From Bacillota bacterium (GTDB lineage: Bacteria > Bacillota > Dethiobacteria > Dethiobacterales > Dethiobacteraceae): a DNA stretch of 64,000 bases. The notes under the pieces were generated by a model. That model saw nothing but the letters and a program-made list of their open reading frames with translations. It was not told where the DNA came from and ran no database searches. Positions 18,407 through 27,237 of this stretch are shown one piece after another. A program made the translations under genes and the position numbers. The stretch's first letter is position 1. Every line of letters begins with the position of its first letter. The stretch is taken from positions 1,151-65,150 of the forward strand of contig JAAYKP010000043.1 of assembly GCA_012522335.1 (NCBI GenBank), in the 5' to 3' direction.

Positions 18407-19576
18407 CTATTCGGCTTTGACGGTAGGCAGTGCTGCCACCGGTTCCGTTAAAGTAAATTCACCTTTGACAATCCACTGTTTCAGAGTTTCGGCAATCTCC
18501 CGCGCCCGCGGATAACTGGATAAAGGCGCAGTGGGTACTTCCTTCCCCTGGACCACAATGACGCCTGATTTCAGTTCAGCATAGGTGACTTCCGCCAAAC
18601 TGCCGCCTAACCCCTGCGGGTAGGCTTCGGAATAGTCTACCACCTGGGCCACAATATCCTCATCTCGCACGGCCGCGTAGCGCAGTGCCGCCTCATCCAC
18701 AATGGGAATGGGCACCCCCACCCCTACCTGCAGCGAAACCCCATAACCCAGCAGGCTGACACCGCGCACATAACGTGTCTGCATCTGTTTTAAATCACCA
18801 ATTAAAGCCAGTGTTCCTGCTCCGGCGCGCGGCACACCGTTGGCAGAACGCGGTGCCTGCGGATTATGCTGCGTACCCTGCCAGGCTACATAGCCGATAC
18901 CGCCGCCCAGGAAAATTTTAGTACCGATACCGATGGTACGATAATAAGGATCATTTAATAAAGGCGACAACTGTCCCGCACTGCAGTAGTTGGCATTACC
19001 CAGACGCGGCTTTAAAATCCCCATGTATGTATAAATCGTCCTGTCCGACAGGTTTACTGCCACATTATAGTTCTGGTAGGCGTTACGCGGATTAAATAAA
19101 TAAGCCTCATTCATTTCCGCCAGGGTAATTTCCTTTTTATACCTGAGCCGCGGATAGCAGTCAGTACCATAAGATTCAGCCTCCAGCAGCACAGATTTGC
19201 CGGCTACCAAATCTTCAATCACATGGGCGCCGCCATAATTAAACTCCCCCGGATAATTACTGTTGGCAGGATCGGTTTCCGGAATTTCCGTTGCTCCCAA
19301 ATAGACATCTACGGCGGCTAAACCGGCATAGGCACTGACACCGTTCAAGGTAACTTTAGACATGCGCATACGCGGCGTCGTATGCCCCACATTGAAAAAA
19401 GCACCGGATGAACACATCGGTCCAAAGGTCCCCGTCGTCACCACATCCACCCTCCGTGCCGTTTCTTCCACCCCATGTTCAGCTACTAAAGATAAAACTT
19501 CCTCCGCTGTCATCACTACTGCCTGCCCTTTGGCAATTTTTTCATTGATTTCCTGAATTGTGCGCAGTTGTGTCAA
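18407..19576 (-). CDS. homocysteine biosynthesis protein (COG1900 / DUF39 family)
   Basis: 389 aa. TTGTFGPMCSSGAFFN motif region. TTG start 7 nt after GGAGGGAG. Preceded by a SAM-I riboswitch. Confidence 0.82.
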   Translation of the reverse strand: MTQLRTIQEINEKIAKGQAVVMTAEEVLSLVAEHGVEETARRVDVVTTGTFGPMCSSGAFFNVGHTTPRMRMSKVTLNGVSAYAGLAAVDVYLGATEIPETDPANSNYPGEFNYGGAHVIEDLVAGKSVLLEAESYGTDCYPRLRYKKEITLAEMNEAYLFNPRNAYQNYNVAVNLSDRTIYTYMGILKPRLGNANYCSAGQLSPLLNDPYYRTIGIGTKIFLGGGIGYVAWQGTQHNPQAPRSANGVPRAGAGTLALIGDLKQMQTRYVRGVSLLGYGVSLQVGVGVPIPIVDEAALRYAAVRDEDIVAQVVDYSEAYPQGLGGSLAEVTYAELKSGVIVVQGKEVPTAPLSSYPRAREIAETLKQWIVKGEFTLTEPVAALPTVKAE

Positions 19577-19596
19577 TTCGCTCCCTCCTTTAAGTT

Positions 19597-19743
19597 AAAA
19601 AAAATCCCTTTCTGTAAAGAAAGAGATATCGCCAAAGAAAACGACTCTCATCTTCCAGAATAAATCTGCAGGAATTAGCACCGTGACAGCTGTCCGGTTG
19701 CCGGGTTTCATTGGGCCAGTCCCTCCACCGCTCTGGATAAGAG
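19597..19743 (-). promoter_or_regulatory. SAM-I (S-box) riboswitch with terminator, leader of the COG1900 operon
   Basis: Minus strand: CUCUUAUCCAGAGCGGUGGAGGGACUGGCCCAAUGAAACCCGGCAACC...GGUGCUAAUUCCUGCAG...GAUGAGAG. It is followed by UCUCUUUCU-uuac-AGAAAGGGA and a U8 run. Confidence 0.92.
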
Positions 19744-19862
19744 TTTTTTATTTAATTGTTTCTATCCTATACTGGGATCATCACACTGTCAAGCAAAACT
19801 TTTAGTTAAAAATAGTTTTTTTGCTGCCGCGCTGCGCGGCAGCAGTCACTGCGGTTATACTG

Positions 19863-21086
19863 CTAGGCGGTTTTGATGTTATTGGCAGCCAGTTCGGCGG
19901 CAATAATTTCACCCAGGATGGCGATGCCGCGTTTTATCTTTTCCGGTGAAGCCTCGGAAAAGGAGAAACGGGCAGTATGCTTACCATTATCATTAACAAA
20001 GAAGCCGTCACCGTCCACAAAAGCTACTTTGCGCTCAACGGCCTTCAGCAAAATCTGACGGGCTGTAAGACCGCCCGGGAAAGAAACCCAGATAAAGAAA
20101 CCACCCTGCGGCTGTGTCCAGGTAACACCTTCCGGAAAATGCTCTTCCATACAAGCCAGCATTAAATCACGACGTTCCCGGTAGCGGGGCAGTAGGGTAG
20201 CTACATGCCGGTCAATATAGCCGTCGGCAGCAAAACGATAAGCCAGACGCTGACCAAGGGAGTTGGAACAAAGATCGGTGGAGCCTTTGGCGCTGATAAT
20301 CTTTGCTACAATTTCCTCAGCTGCCGCCAGCCAGCCGACGCGGATGCCGGGGGTGAAAGTTTTGGAAAAAGAGCCTAAATAAATGACCCGCCCTTCACTA
20401 TCGAGCGACTTAATACTGGCAACCGGCTCACCCTCATAGCGCAGCTCGCCGTAAGGATTATCTTCCAGAATTAAAAAATTGTACTCCCGGGCCAACTCCA
20501 GAACCTGCCGGCGCCGCTCCAAAGACATACAGATACCGGAGGGATTCTGGAAGTTAGGTACCAAATAGATAAATTTTGGTGTCCGTCCTTCCATTTTCAG
20601 TTTGCGCAGACGATTCGTCAGCACATCGATACGTATCCCGTCATTATCCAGCGGGATCGGCACCCGGTCAGCCTCATAATTGAAAATTGCCCCCAGACCG
20701 CCCACATAGCCTGGTTCTTCCACCAGCACCACATCACCCGGGTTAACAAACAGCTTACTGACCAGATCCATCCCCTGCTGCGAACCATTGGTAATCACTA
20801 CCTGCTCCTCACTGCACGGCGCGCCTTCACGGGTCATTTTCTCGGCCACATAGCGGCGCAGTTTACCGTAGCCTTCTGTAGCGCCATACTGCAGTGCCTC
20901 TTTACCTTCCTCATCTAATAACTCCAACATCACTTCTCTGACTTTAGCCATGGGAAAAAAGTCAGCGCTGGGAAAACCGCCGGCAAAGGACATCACATCC
21001 GGTTGTTCCGTCAGTTTAAAAAATTCTCTGACGGCCGATGTTTTCATACAGTGAGCACGGCTGGCAAACAACTGTTCAAAATTCAT
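19863..21086 (-). CDS. PLP-dependent aminotransferase, class I/II fold, ARO8/LysN-like
   Basis: 407 aa. SAVREFFKL..VMSFAGGFPS..FFP N-terminal signature and SFSKTF PLP-lysine motif. Confidence 0.88.
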   Translation of the reverse strand: MNFEQLFASRAHCMKTSAVREFFKLTEQPDVMSFAGGFPSADFFPMAKVREVMLELLDEEGKEALQYGATEGYGKLRRYVAEKMTREGAPCSEEQVVITNGSQQGMDLVSKLFVNPGDVVLVEEPGYVGGLGAIFNYEADRVPIPLDNDGIRIDVLTNRLRKLKMEGRTPKFIYLVPNFQNPSGICMSLERRRQVLELAREYNFLILEDNPYGELRYEGEPVASIKSLDSEGRVIYLGSFSKTFTPGIRVGWLAAAEEIVAKIISAKGSTDLCSNSLGQRLAYRFAADGYIDRHVATLLPRYRERRDLMLACMEEHFPEGVTWTQPQGGFFIWVSFPGGLTARQILLKAVERKVAFVDGDGFFVNDNGKHTARFSFSEASPEKIKRGIAILGEIIAAELAANNIKTA

Positions 21087-21154
21087 GCGGCTGCACCTCC
21101 GTAATCTTTAAACAAAAGCAAGATTTACTAAACAAGTAAAACAGACATAAAAGC

Positions 21155-21392
21155 AAAAATCCCGTCCCTGCAAAAACAGAGACGGGAAAATACCCGCGGT
21201 ACCACTCTGGTTACCGGATTATACGGTCACTCAAGCTGTGCTTTCTGGATAACGGCAGTACCGGCACCGCTTACTTACTGCTGTTCAGCGGGCAGCTCCG
21301 GGGCGGCTTACCTTTCGCTTTACCGAGGAACCTTTCAGCTTTTGGTTCCCTCTCTGTCGGCAGCTCCGGGCTTCTTCCCCATCGTCGCTTTT
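21155..21392 (-). promoter_or_regulatory. T-box leader (tRNA-sensing riboswitch) with terminator
   Basis: Minus strand shows stem I elements (GCGACGAUGGGGAAG..AGAGAG..GGAACC-loop-GGUUCC) and the T-box sequence AGAGUGGUACCGCGGG. The terminator UCCCGUC...GACGGGA plus U5 (21155-21187) follows. Confidence 0.85.
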
Positions 21393-21464
21393 TAATGTCA
21401 GTATATGAAAATAAGTGTAAACTGTGTCTCTGCTGCTGGCAGCAGAGCTTTTAAATTAAACAAC

Positions 21465-21493
21465 ATTATAACAAAGCCGTGCAGATAATGCAA
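21465..21493 (-). promoter_or_regulatory. candidate sigma-A promoter of the T-box leader
   Basis: Minus strand: TTGCAT - 17 nt - TATAAT (perfect -10), ~70 nt upstream of stem I. Confidence 0.45.
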
Positions 21494-21528
21494 GGCTGCT
21501 TTTTTATTTTTTTTTCAGCCGCCGCAGC

Positions 21529-22131
21529 TTAAACCGCATGAAAACCTGCCAGAAAAGCCTCCCTGTTGGCCGCCAGGAAACGCTCCGGCACTACGGCTGC
21601 CAGGGCGTGGAGAAAACTGTCCACCGGAAACTCCAGTGTACGCGCCAGCACGCCCAGCAGAGCCACATTGGCAGCTTTCGGCTGCCCGCAGGCGCAGGCC
21701 ACCTCCAGCGCGTTAATGGCCAGGAAATTACCTAAGGTCCCGTCTGCCGCCAGTGCTTCCAGAGCCGGGATAATCTGCGGCGGATACTGCTGCTGCCCGA
21801 TAATCACCGGCATCGGTTTAATTTCCTGCGTGCTGCAGACCAGCGTACCGCCTGTGCGCAGGTAGGGCAGCAGGCGCCAGGCTTCCAATTTTTCCAGCGC
21901 AAACAGATAGTCAGCCTGTCTCTGTTCGATCAAGGGCGCATGGACCGCCGTGCCGTAACGCACAAAGGTTAAGACGCTGCCGCCGCGCTGGGCCATGCCG
22001 TGTATTTCTGAAACTTTCAGCTCCAGCTGATGATCCTGAATGACCTGGGCCAAAATTTTGCTGGCCAACACAATCCCCTGACCGCCGACGCCGCCCATCA
22101 CAATACTGGTTGTTTTAGGCATCCTCTTCAC
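21529..22131 (-). CDS. iorB: indolepyruvate:ferredoxin oxidoreductase, beta subunit
   Basis: 200 aa. GVGGQGIVLASKIL motif. 17-nt overlap with iorA. Confidence 0.9.
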   Translation of the reverse strand: MKRMPKTTSIVMGGVGGQGIVLASKILAQVIQDHQLELKVSEIHGMAQRGGSVLTFVRYGTAVHAPLIEQRQADYLFALEKLEAWRLLPYLRTGGTLVCSTQEIKPMPVIIGQQQYPPQIIPALEALAADGTLGNFLAINALEVACACGQPKAANVALLGVLARTLEFPVDSFLHALAAVVPERFLAANREAFLAGFHAV

Positions 22132-23866
22132 CTGCCTTCATGATGGCGCCAAATTTGCAGACCTGAACGCAGACACCACAACCGACACAAAGAGCAGCAT
22201 CAATCACGATCCGCCGCCCTTCCCTGGCCAGGGCTGGGCAGCCCAGCTGCATACATAAACCGCAGCCGCTGCACTGCTCCTCATCAATACAGCAGGCAGT
22301 TTTGGCACTTTTATCCAAGAGGGCACAGGCACGGCGCACAATTACTACTGACGGTTCAGGCGCCGCTGCTTCTTCCCGTATCACGGCCTCCAGGGCTGCC
22401 AAATCATAAGCATCAACTTCCTGTACCCGCTGTACACCTAGGGCCCGGCAAATGGCGCCAATATCTAAAGCCACCGTCGGCTGGCCCTGTAAAGTACGGC
22501 CGGTGCCGGGATGGTCCTGATGACCGGTCATGGCGGTGATGCGGTTATCCAGGATCAGGGTTAAAGTAGTGCCCCGGTTATATACAACATCGGCCAAACC
22601 GGTCATGCCGGAATGGAAAAAGGTAGAATCACCAATGACGGAAACAACTTTTCCTTTTAGTTCCGGATTACCTTTCTCATAACCTAAACCGGCGGAAATG
22701 CCGGCCCCCATACAAATACAGGAATCCATCGCCTCTAAGGGTGCCGAAGCACCCAGGGTATAGCAGCCGATATCGCCGCTGACTAACAGCTTTTGTTTCC
22801 GCAGCAAGTAGAAAACACTCCGGTGCGGACAGCCGGGGCAGAGCACAGGCGGACGTACCGGCGGCGGCTCTTCACTGTCAGCCTTGATCACCGGCGGTAC
22901 AGTCAGGGGTTTGCCGAGAATTTTCTCGGCAATCAGATTGGGAAAAATCTCCCCCGTCAGGGGAAACAGCTCTTTACCCTTCACCGCAATCCCCAGGGCT
23001 TTAATCTGTTTTTCAAAAAAAGGATCAAGCTCTTCTACCACATACAGCTTATCTACGCCGGCAGCGAACTCCTGCAGCAGCTGTACCGGCAGGGGATAAA
23101 CAAGACCTAATTTCAGGATTGAAGCCTCCGGTAATGCTTCCCGCACCTGCTGGTAGGAAATACCGGCACAGATCACACCAATTTCACGCCGCCGCCACTC
23201 CAGCCGGTTAAGAGCTGTCTCTTCCGCATACTGACGCAGCCGCTGCAGACGTTCTTCCACCACCACATGCCGTCGGCGGGAGTTGGCCGGCATGGCCACC
23301 CGCTTCGCCGCATCTTTGCTGTAAGGACGAATACTAACTTCTCTCCGCTCACCCACTTCCACCAGGGACTGGGCATGGGAAATGCGCGTACTGCTCCTTA
23401 ACAGCACCGGTGTATCAAACTCTTCACTTACGCGTAAAGCTTCCTGCACAAAATCTTTAGCCTCCTGGCTGTCGGACGGTTCCAGCATGGGCAGTTTGGC
23501 AAAACGGGCATACTGACGGCTGTCCTGTTCATTCTGTGAGCTGTGCATCCCCGGATCATCGGCAGTCACCAAAAGGAAGCCGCCGTTTACACCCAGGTAG
23601 GAAAATGTCATTAAAGGATCAGCTGCGACATTGAGCCCCACATGCTTCATGGCAACCAAAACCCGGGCACCGGCCAGCGCCGCGCCGATGCCAACTTCCA
23701 AAGCCACTTTTTCATTAGTGGACCACTGCGCCTCAATCTCCTCATAGGCAGCCAGATTTTCCAGTATTTCCGTACTGGGAGTACCGGGGTAGGCTGCCGC
23801 AAAATGCACCCCTGCCTCATAGGCACCGCGGGCAATGGCTTCATTACCGCTTAAAAGTTTTTTCAC
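22115..23866 (-). CDS. iorA: indolepyruvate:ferredoxin oxidoreductase, alpha subunit
   Basis: 583 aa. GNEAIARGAYEAGV..AAYPGTPSTEI, a TPP-binding GDSTFFHSG motif, and a C-terminal 2x[4Fe-4S] (CSGCGLC..CVGCGVC). Confidence 0.92.
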   Translation of the reverse strand: MKKLLSGNEAIARGAYEAGVHFAAAYPGTPSTEILENLAAYEEIEAQWSTNEKVALEVGIGAALAGARVLVAMKHVGLNVAADPLMTFSYLGVNGGFLLVTADDPGMHSSQNEQDSRQYARFAKLPMLEPSDSQEAKDFVQEALRVSEEFDTPVLLRSSTRISHAQSLVEVGERREVSIRPYSKDAAKRVAMPANSRRRHVVVEERLQRLRQYAEETALNRLEWRRREIGVICAGISYQQVREALPEASILKLGLVYPLPVQLLQEFAAGVDKLYVVEELDPFFEKQIKALGIAVKGKELFPLTGEIFPNLIAEKILGKPLTVPPVIKADSEEPPPVRPPVLCPGCPHRSVFYLLRKQKLLVSGDIGCYTLGASAPLEAMDSCICMGAGISAGLGYEKGNPELKGKVVSVIGDSTFFHSGMTGLADVVYNRGTTLTLILDNRITAMTGHQDHPGTGRTLQGQPTVALDIGAICRALGVQRVQEVDAYDLAALEAVIREEAAAPEPSVVIVRRACALLDKSAKTACCIDEEQCSGCGLCMQLGCPALAREGRRIVIDAALCVGCGVCVQVCKFGAIMKAGEEDA

Positions 23867-25176
23867 GCTCTCACCCCCTGCTGACGCTTGTCAATAATCC
23901 GTTTTGCCTTACCGGCGGTACGTGCCAACGATTTAGGTTCCACCAGTTTCACCCGGGCCCGCACCGCTAAAACGCTGGCCAATTTAGCCGTAATTTTTTC
24001 TTCCACTGCTTCTAAAGCGCGAAAGGAGCCGGTAAAGCGCTCAGGATTCATTTCTACATGTACTTCCAAATCATCTAAAAAGCGTTTCTTCTTATCAATC
24101 ACAATTAAATAATGGGGGGCCACTTCTTCCATTTCCATCAGGACACTTTCAATTTGCGAGGGGAAGACATTAACCCCGTTAACAATTAACATATCATCAG
24201 TGCGTCCGCTGACGCGGCGCATGCGTGCCGTTGTCCGGCCGCAAACACAGCGTTCCCGCGTCAGCACGGTTATATCTTTTGTCCGGTAGCGGATCACCGG
24301 GAAGCCCTCTTTGGTGAGAGTCGTTATCACCAGTTCTCCCTCACAGCCCTCGGGCAGGACTTCCCCTGTTTCCGGATTAATCACTTCCACATAAAAATGA
24401 TCTTCACTAAGATGCAGGCCGTTCCGCGCGGCACATTCACCGGCAACACCGGGTCCCATCACTTCTGTTAAACCATAATTGTCAGTGGCGCGTAAATTAA
24501 GGCGCTCCTCAATTTCTGCCCGCATCTGCTCAGACCAGGGTTCCGAACCAAACATCCCGATCCGCAGCGGCAGTGTGCGCGGGTCAATACCCATGTCCGC
24601 CGCCACTTCACCCAGGTAGAGAGCATAGGAAGGCGTCGCAATTAAAGTAGTGACGCCAAAATCACGAATCAGCATAATCTGCTTTTCCGTATTGCCGGCG
24701 GAAGCAGGTACTACGGTGACGCCTAATTTCTCCAGGCCATAATGCAAGCCAAAGCCGCCGGTAAACAAACCGTAAGAAAAACAAATCTGCGCCACATCTT
24801 TGTCGGTAACCCCTGCCTGCACCGCCACGCGGGCCACTAAATCTGACCAGGTGGCCAGGTCATTTCTGGTATAGCCCGCTGCTATCGGTTTGCCCGTCGT
24901 CCCGGAAGAAGCGTGTATCCGGACAATTTCCTGCAGCGGCCGGGCAAACAAACCAAAGGGATAGTTTTCCCGCATAAGCTCCTTACTTGTAAAGGGAAAC
25001 TTCTGCAAATCCTCCAGTGACCGTAAATCAGAAGGCTGCACGCCATGACTGTCAAACAGCTGACGATAAAATGGTACGTGGTGATAGACATTGCTTACCG
25101 TACTGCTGAGACGTGTGAACTGTAAAGTCCGCAGCGCCTCCCTGCTCATGGTTTCCTTTTCCGCATCCCAAATCAT
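23863..25176 (-). CDS. paaK: phenylacetate-CoA ligase family protein
   Basis: 437 aa. SSGTTGKP AMP-binding motif and PaaK-type length. 4-nt overlap with iorA. Confidence 0.88.
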   Translation of the reverse strand: MIWDAEKETMSREALRTLQFTRLSSTVSNVYHHVPFYRQLFDSHGVQPSDLRSLEDLQKFPFTSKELMRENYPFGLFARPLQEIVRIHASSGTTGKPIAAGYTRNDLATWSDLVARVAVQAGVTDKDVAQICFSYGLFTGGFGLHYGLEKLGVTVVPASAGNTEKQIMLIRDFGVTTLIATPSYALYLGEVAADMGIDPRTLPLRIGMFGSEPWSEQMRAEIEERLNLRATDNYGLTEVMGPGVAGECAARNGLHLSEDHFYVEVINPETGEVLPEGCEGELVITTLTKEGFPVIRYRTKDITVLTRERCVCGRTTARMRRVSGRTDDMLIVNGVNVFPSQIESVLMEMEEVAPHYLIVIDKKKRFLDDLEVHVEMNPERFTGSFRALEAVEEKITAKLASVLAVRARVKLVEPKSLARTAGKAKRIIDKRQQGVRA

Positions 25177-25208
25177 AATCCTACCTCCTACTGTGCTGCA
25201 TAGTGTGC

Positions 25209-25234
25209 TAAAAAGCCTGCTTTACCAAAGCAGG
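25209..25234 (-). terminator. terminator-like hairpin 33 nt upstream of the paaK start
   Basis: Minus strand: CCUGCUUU-ggu-AAAGCAGG followed by CUUUUU. Confidence 0.55.
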
Positions 25235-25260
25235 TCAAAACTGCTGCTTCATCTTTCTGC

Positions 25261-25294
25261 AAAAAAGACGACCCCCGACTAAGACGGGCCGTCT
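25261..25294 (-). terminator. intrinsic terminator downstream of the ACT gene
   Basis: Minus strand: AGACGGCCCG-ucuuagu-CGGGGGUCGUCU (imperfect) followed by a U6 run. Confidence 0.6.
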
Positions 25295-25383
25295 CTGTAC
25301 CTACCCATTACTGCCGCCCTACCATCTATAATTTCTACCAGCCAAACCGGAAACCCAACTACACTGCCGCTGGTTTTACAGTT

Positions 25384-25818
25384 TTATAAAGCATATACTT
25401 CGGCGCCGCTTAAAACGCGAATGTTTTGGGCCGTTAAAGCCTGCAGCGCTGCTGCACAATCTTCAACCCGGAAAATCACCAAAGCATCAGCCGAGGCCTG
25501 ACCGACAAAAGCGTACAGATACTCAATATTGATGCCGGCCTGTCCCAGCGTATCTAAAACCTGCGCCAACCCACCGGGACGATCAGGCACATCTACAGCA
25601 ATTACTTCCGTTTCCGCCACCATAAAACCTTCATCACGCAGCACTTTCAGCGCAGCTTCCGGCTGATTAACTATCAAACGCAAAATGCCGAAATCTGTCG
25701 TATCGGCTATGGACAAAGCACGGATATTGATGCCCTGATCCCCCAGGGAGCGAGTTACATCTGCCAGGCGGCCCGCTTTATTCTCCAAAAAAACCGAGAT
25801 TTGTTTAACAGTCACCAT
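25384..25818 (-). CDS. ACT domain-containing protein (tandem ACT)
   Basis: 144 aa. Two ACT-like repeats (ISVFLENKAGRLADV.. and AVDVPDRPGGLAQV..). Common partner of PaaK/IorAB clusters. Confidence 0.85.
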   Translation of the reverse strand: MVTVKQISVFLENKAGRLADVTRSLGDQGINIRALSIADTTDFGILRLIVNQPEAALKVLRDEGFMVAETEVIAVDVPDRPGGLAQVLDTLGQAGINIEYLYAFVGQASADALVIFRVEDCAAALQALTAQNIRVLSGAEVYAL

Positions 25819-25882
25819 TATCCCTCCTCAGGTTTATTTATGCCTGCCGCGGCTTTTTTGGCCTGCGCCGCGGCAGCAGCGC

Positions 25883-26824
25883 TTATGTCTGCAGTCTGCT
25901 GATGCGAATACCTAAATTATTCTTGTGCAGGACAATTTCCCCGTACGCCACAACTTTCCCATTGGCTACTATTTCCACTTCGTCACTGCCGGCCGCATCC
26001 AATTCTATCACCGTCCCGGCCGTTAAACGCATTAACTCCTCTAAGCGCAGCCGGCTGCGGCCCAAGACACCTGTTAACTGTACCGGTATATCATGCAGCA
26101 GCTCCAAAGGAATCTTGCCCTCACCCTGCACAAATTCAGCGGCAGTATCTTCCTGCGCGGCGGCCGCCGGCGGCGTTATCAGCTCTGTGTCCGGTGGAGG
26201 GATAACCGGCCGTTCTGCCGACAGAGCAAAACCGCCAAACAGTTCCGCAACCATGGTGTGAGCAAAATCAAGGGGTAAAACCTGCAGCATGGTACTGTTG
26301 ATCTGCTCACCCACTGTAAAATTAAATGCTATCTGCACAACCTCTTCCTGCTCACCAAAATCTTTAATCTCTGTTTTATGCAGATCCTCAATGTATTCTA
26401 TCACCGGGGGTGTAATATCTATTTTGCGCTGAAATATTTCCGAGAGGGCAGTGGCCGAAGAACCCATCATCTGGTTCATCGCTTCACTGACGGCACTTAA
26501 ATACATTTCATCCAGCTTTGCGGGAACAGGCAAACTGGCGTCACCCATCATCATATTGGCAATAATCCCTGCATCCCGATCTGAAAGAATGAACAAATTG
26601 GTGCCTTGAAAACCTTCCTTATAATTGACGCGCACCAATACACAGGGAATGGTATAATTGGCGCGAATCTCCGCCAGCGTCGCGTTGGAAAGTTTTGGTG
26701 TTGTAATCTGAACATTCTGCCCCAGCAGCTGGGAAAGCGCTGTTGCCGCCGCTCCCATGGCAATATTACCGTTTTCCCCCAGAGCATCAAGCTGCAGCGG
26801 TGTTAATTTTTTCACAGTTACCAC
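25883..26824 (-). CDS. fliY: flagellar motor switch phosphatase FliY (CheC-like domain plus FliN/SpoA domain)
   Basis: 313 aa. Two CheC-type sites (LDALGENGNIAMGAAATALS and LSAVSEAMNQMMGSSATALS) and a C-terminal SpoA domain (VQLTGVLGRSRLRLEELMRL..GTVIELD). Confidence 0.85.
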   Translation of the reverse strand: MVTVKKLTPLQLDALGENGNIAMGAAATALSQLLGQNVQITTPKLSNATLAEIRANYTIPCVLVRVNYKEGFQGTNLFILSDRDAGIIANMMMGDASLPVPAKLDEMYLSAVSEAMNQMMGSSATALSEIFQRKIDITPPVIEYIEDLHKTEIKDFGEQEEVVQIAFNFTVGEQINSTMLQVLPLDFAHTMVAELFGGFALSAERPVIPPPDTELITPPAAAAQEDTAAEFVQGEGKIPLELLHDIPVQLTGVLGRSRLRLEELMRLTAGTVIELDAAGSDEVEIVANGKVVAYGEIVLHKNNLGIRISRLQT

Positions 26825-26838
26825 CTTATTCAGAATCT

Positions 26839-27237
26839 TTATTTAGTCGCTCCCATCTTGTGTGCAATTTCAGCAGGAGGAGCAACCTCCGTCACCCTGA
26901 GAGCGAAATGTTCATCGACAATTATTACTTCACCCCTGGCAATCAGCTTGCCGTTTAAACAAATATCAAGGGGCTTGTTAGCCGCATGTCCAAACTCCAC
27001 AATGGAACCGGTATTAAGGGCCAGAACTTCAGCCAGGGTAAGGCTGATTTCTCCCAGTTTGGCTGTTAACTGCATCGGTAAGTCTAAAACACGGGCTAAC
27101 TGCTGTGGAGCATAAGCGGCGGCCGCATAGTCAGCCGGCTTAGCGGCGGCAGCCTGCTGCTCACCGCTCTCCGCCCGCGCAGCCGCGGGCGGCAGTAAAG
27201 CATCAATTTCCGCCTGCGATAAAAAAACATCACTCAT
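26839..27237 (-). CDS. fliN: flagellar motor switch protein FliN
   Basis: 132 aa. N-terminal LSQAEIDALL peptide and a C-terminal SpoA domain (MQLTAKLGEISLTLAEVLALNTGSIVEF). 8-nt overlap with fliM. Confidence 0.85.
   Translation of the reverse strand: MSDVFLSQAEIDALLPPAAARAESGEQQAAAAKPADYAAAAYAPQQLARVLDLPMQLTAKLGEISLTLAEVLALNTGSIVEFGHAANKPLDICLNGKLIARGEVIIVDEHFALRVTEVAPPAEIAHKMGATK

Noticed and set aside
19823-19843. GC-rich hairpin GCUGCCGCG-cug-CGCGGCAGC downstream of the aminotransferase gene. A similar hairpin (CUGCCGCGGC..GCCGCGGCAG) lies at 25842-25874 after fliY.
   Set aside because: On the transcribed (minus) strand neither is followed by a U-tract, so I cannot call them intrinsic terminators. 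The similarity between them is limited to GC-rich arms and does not support a repeat family.
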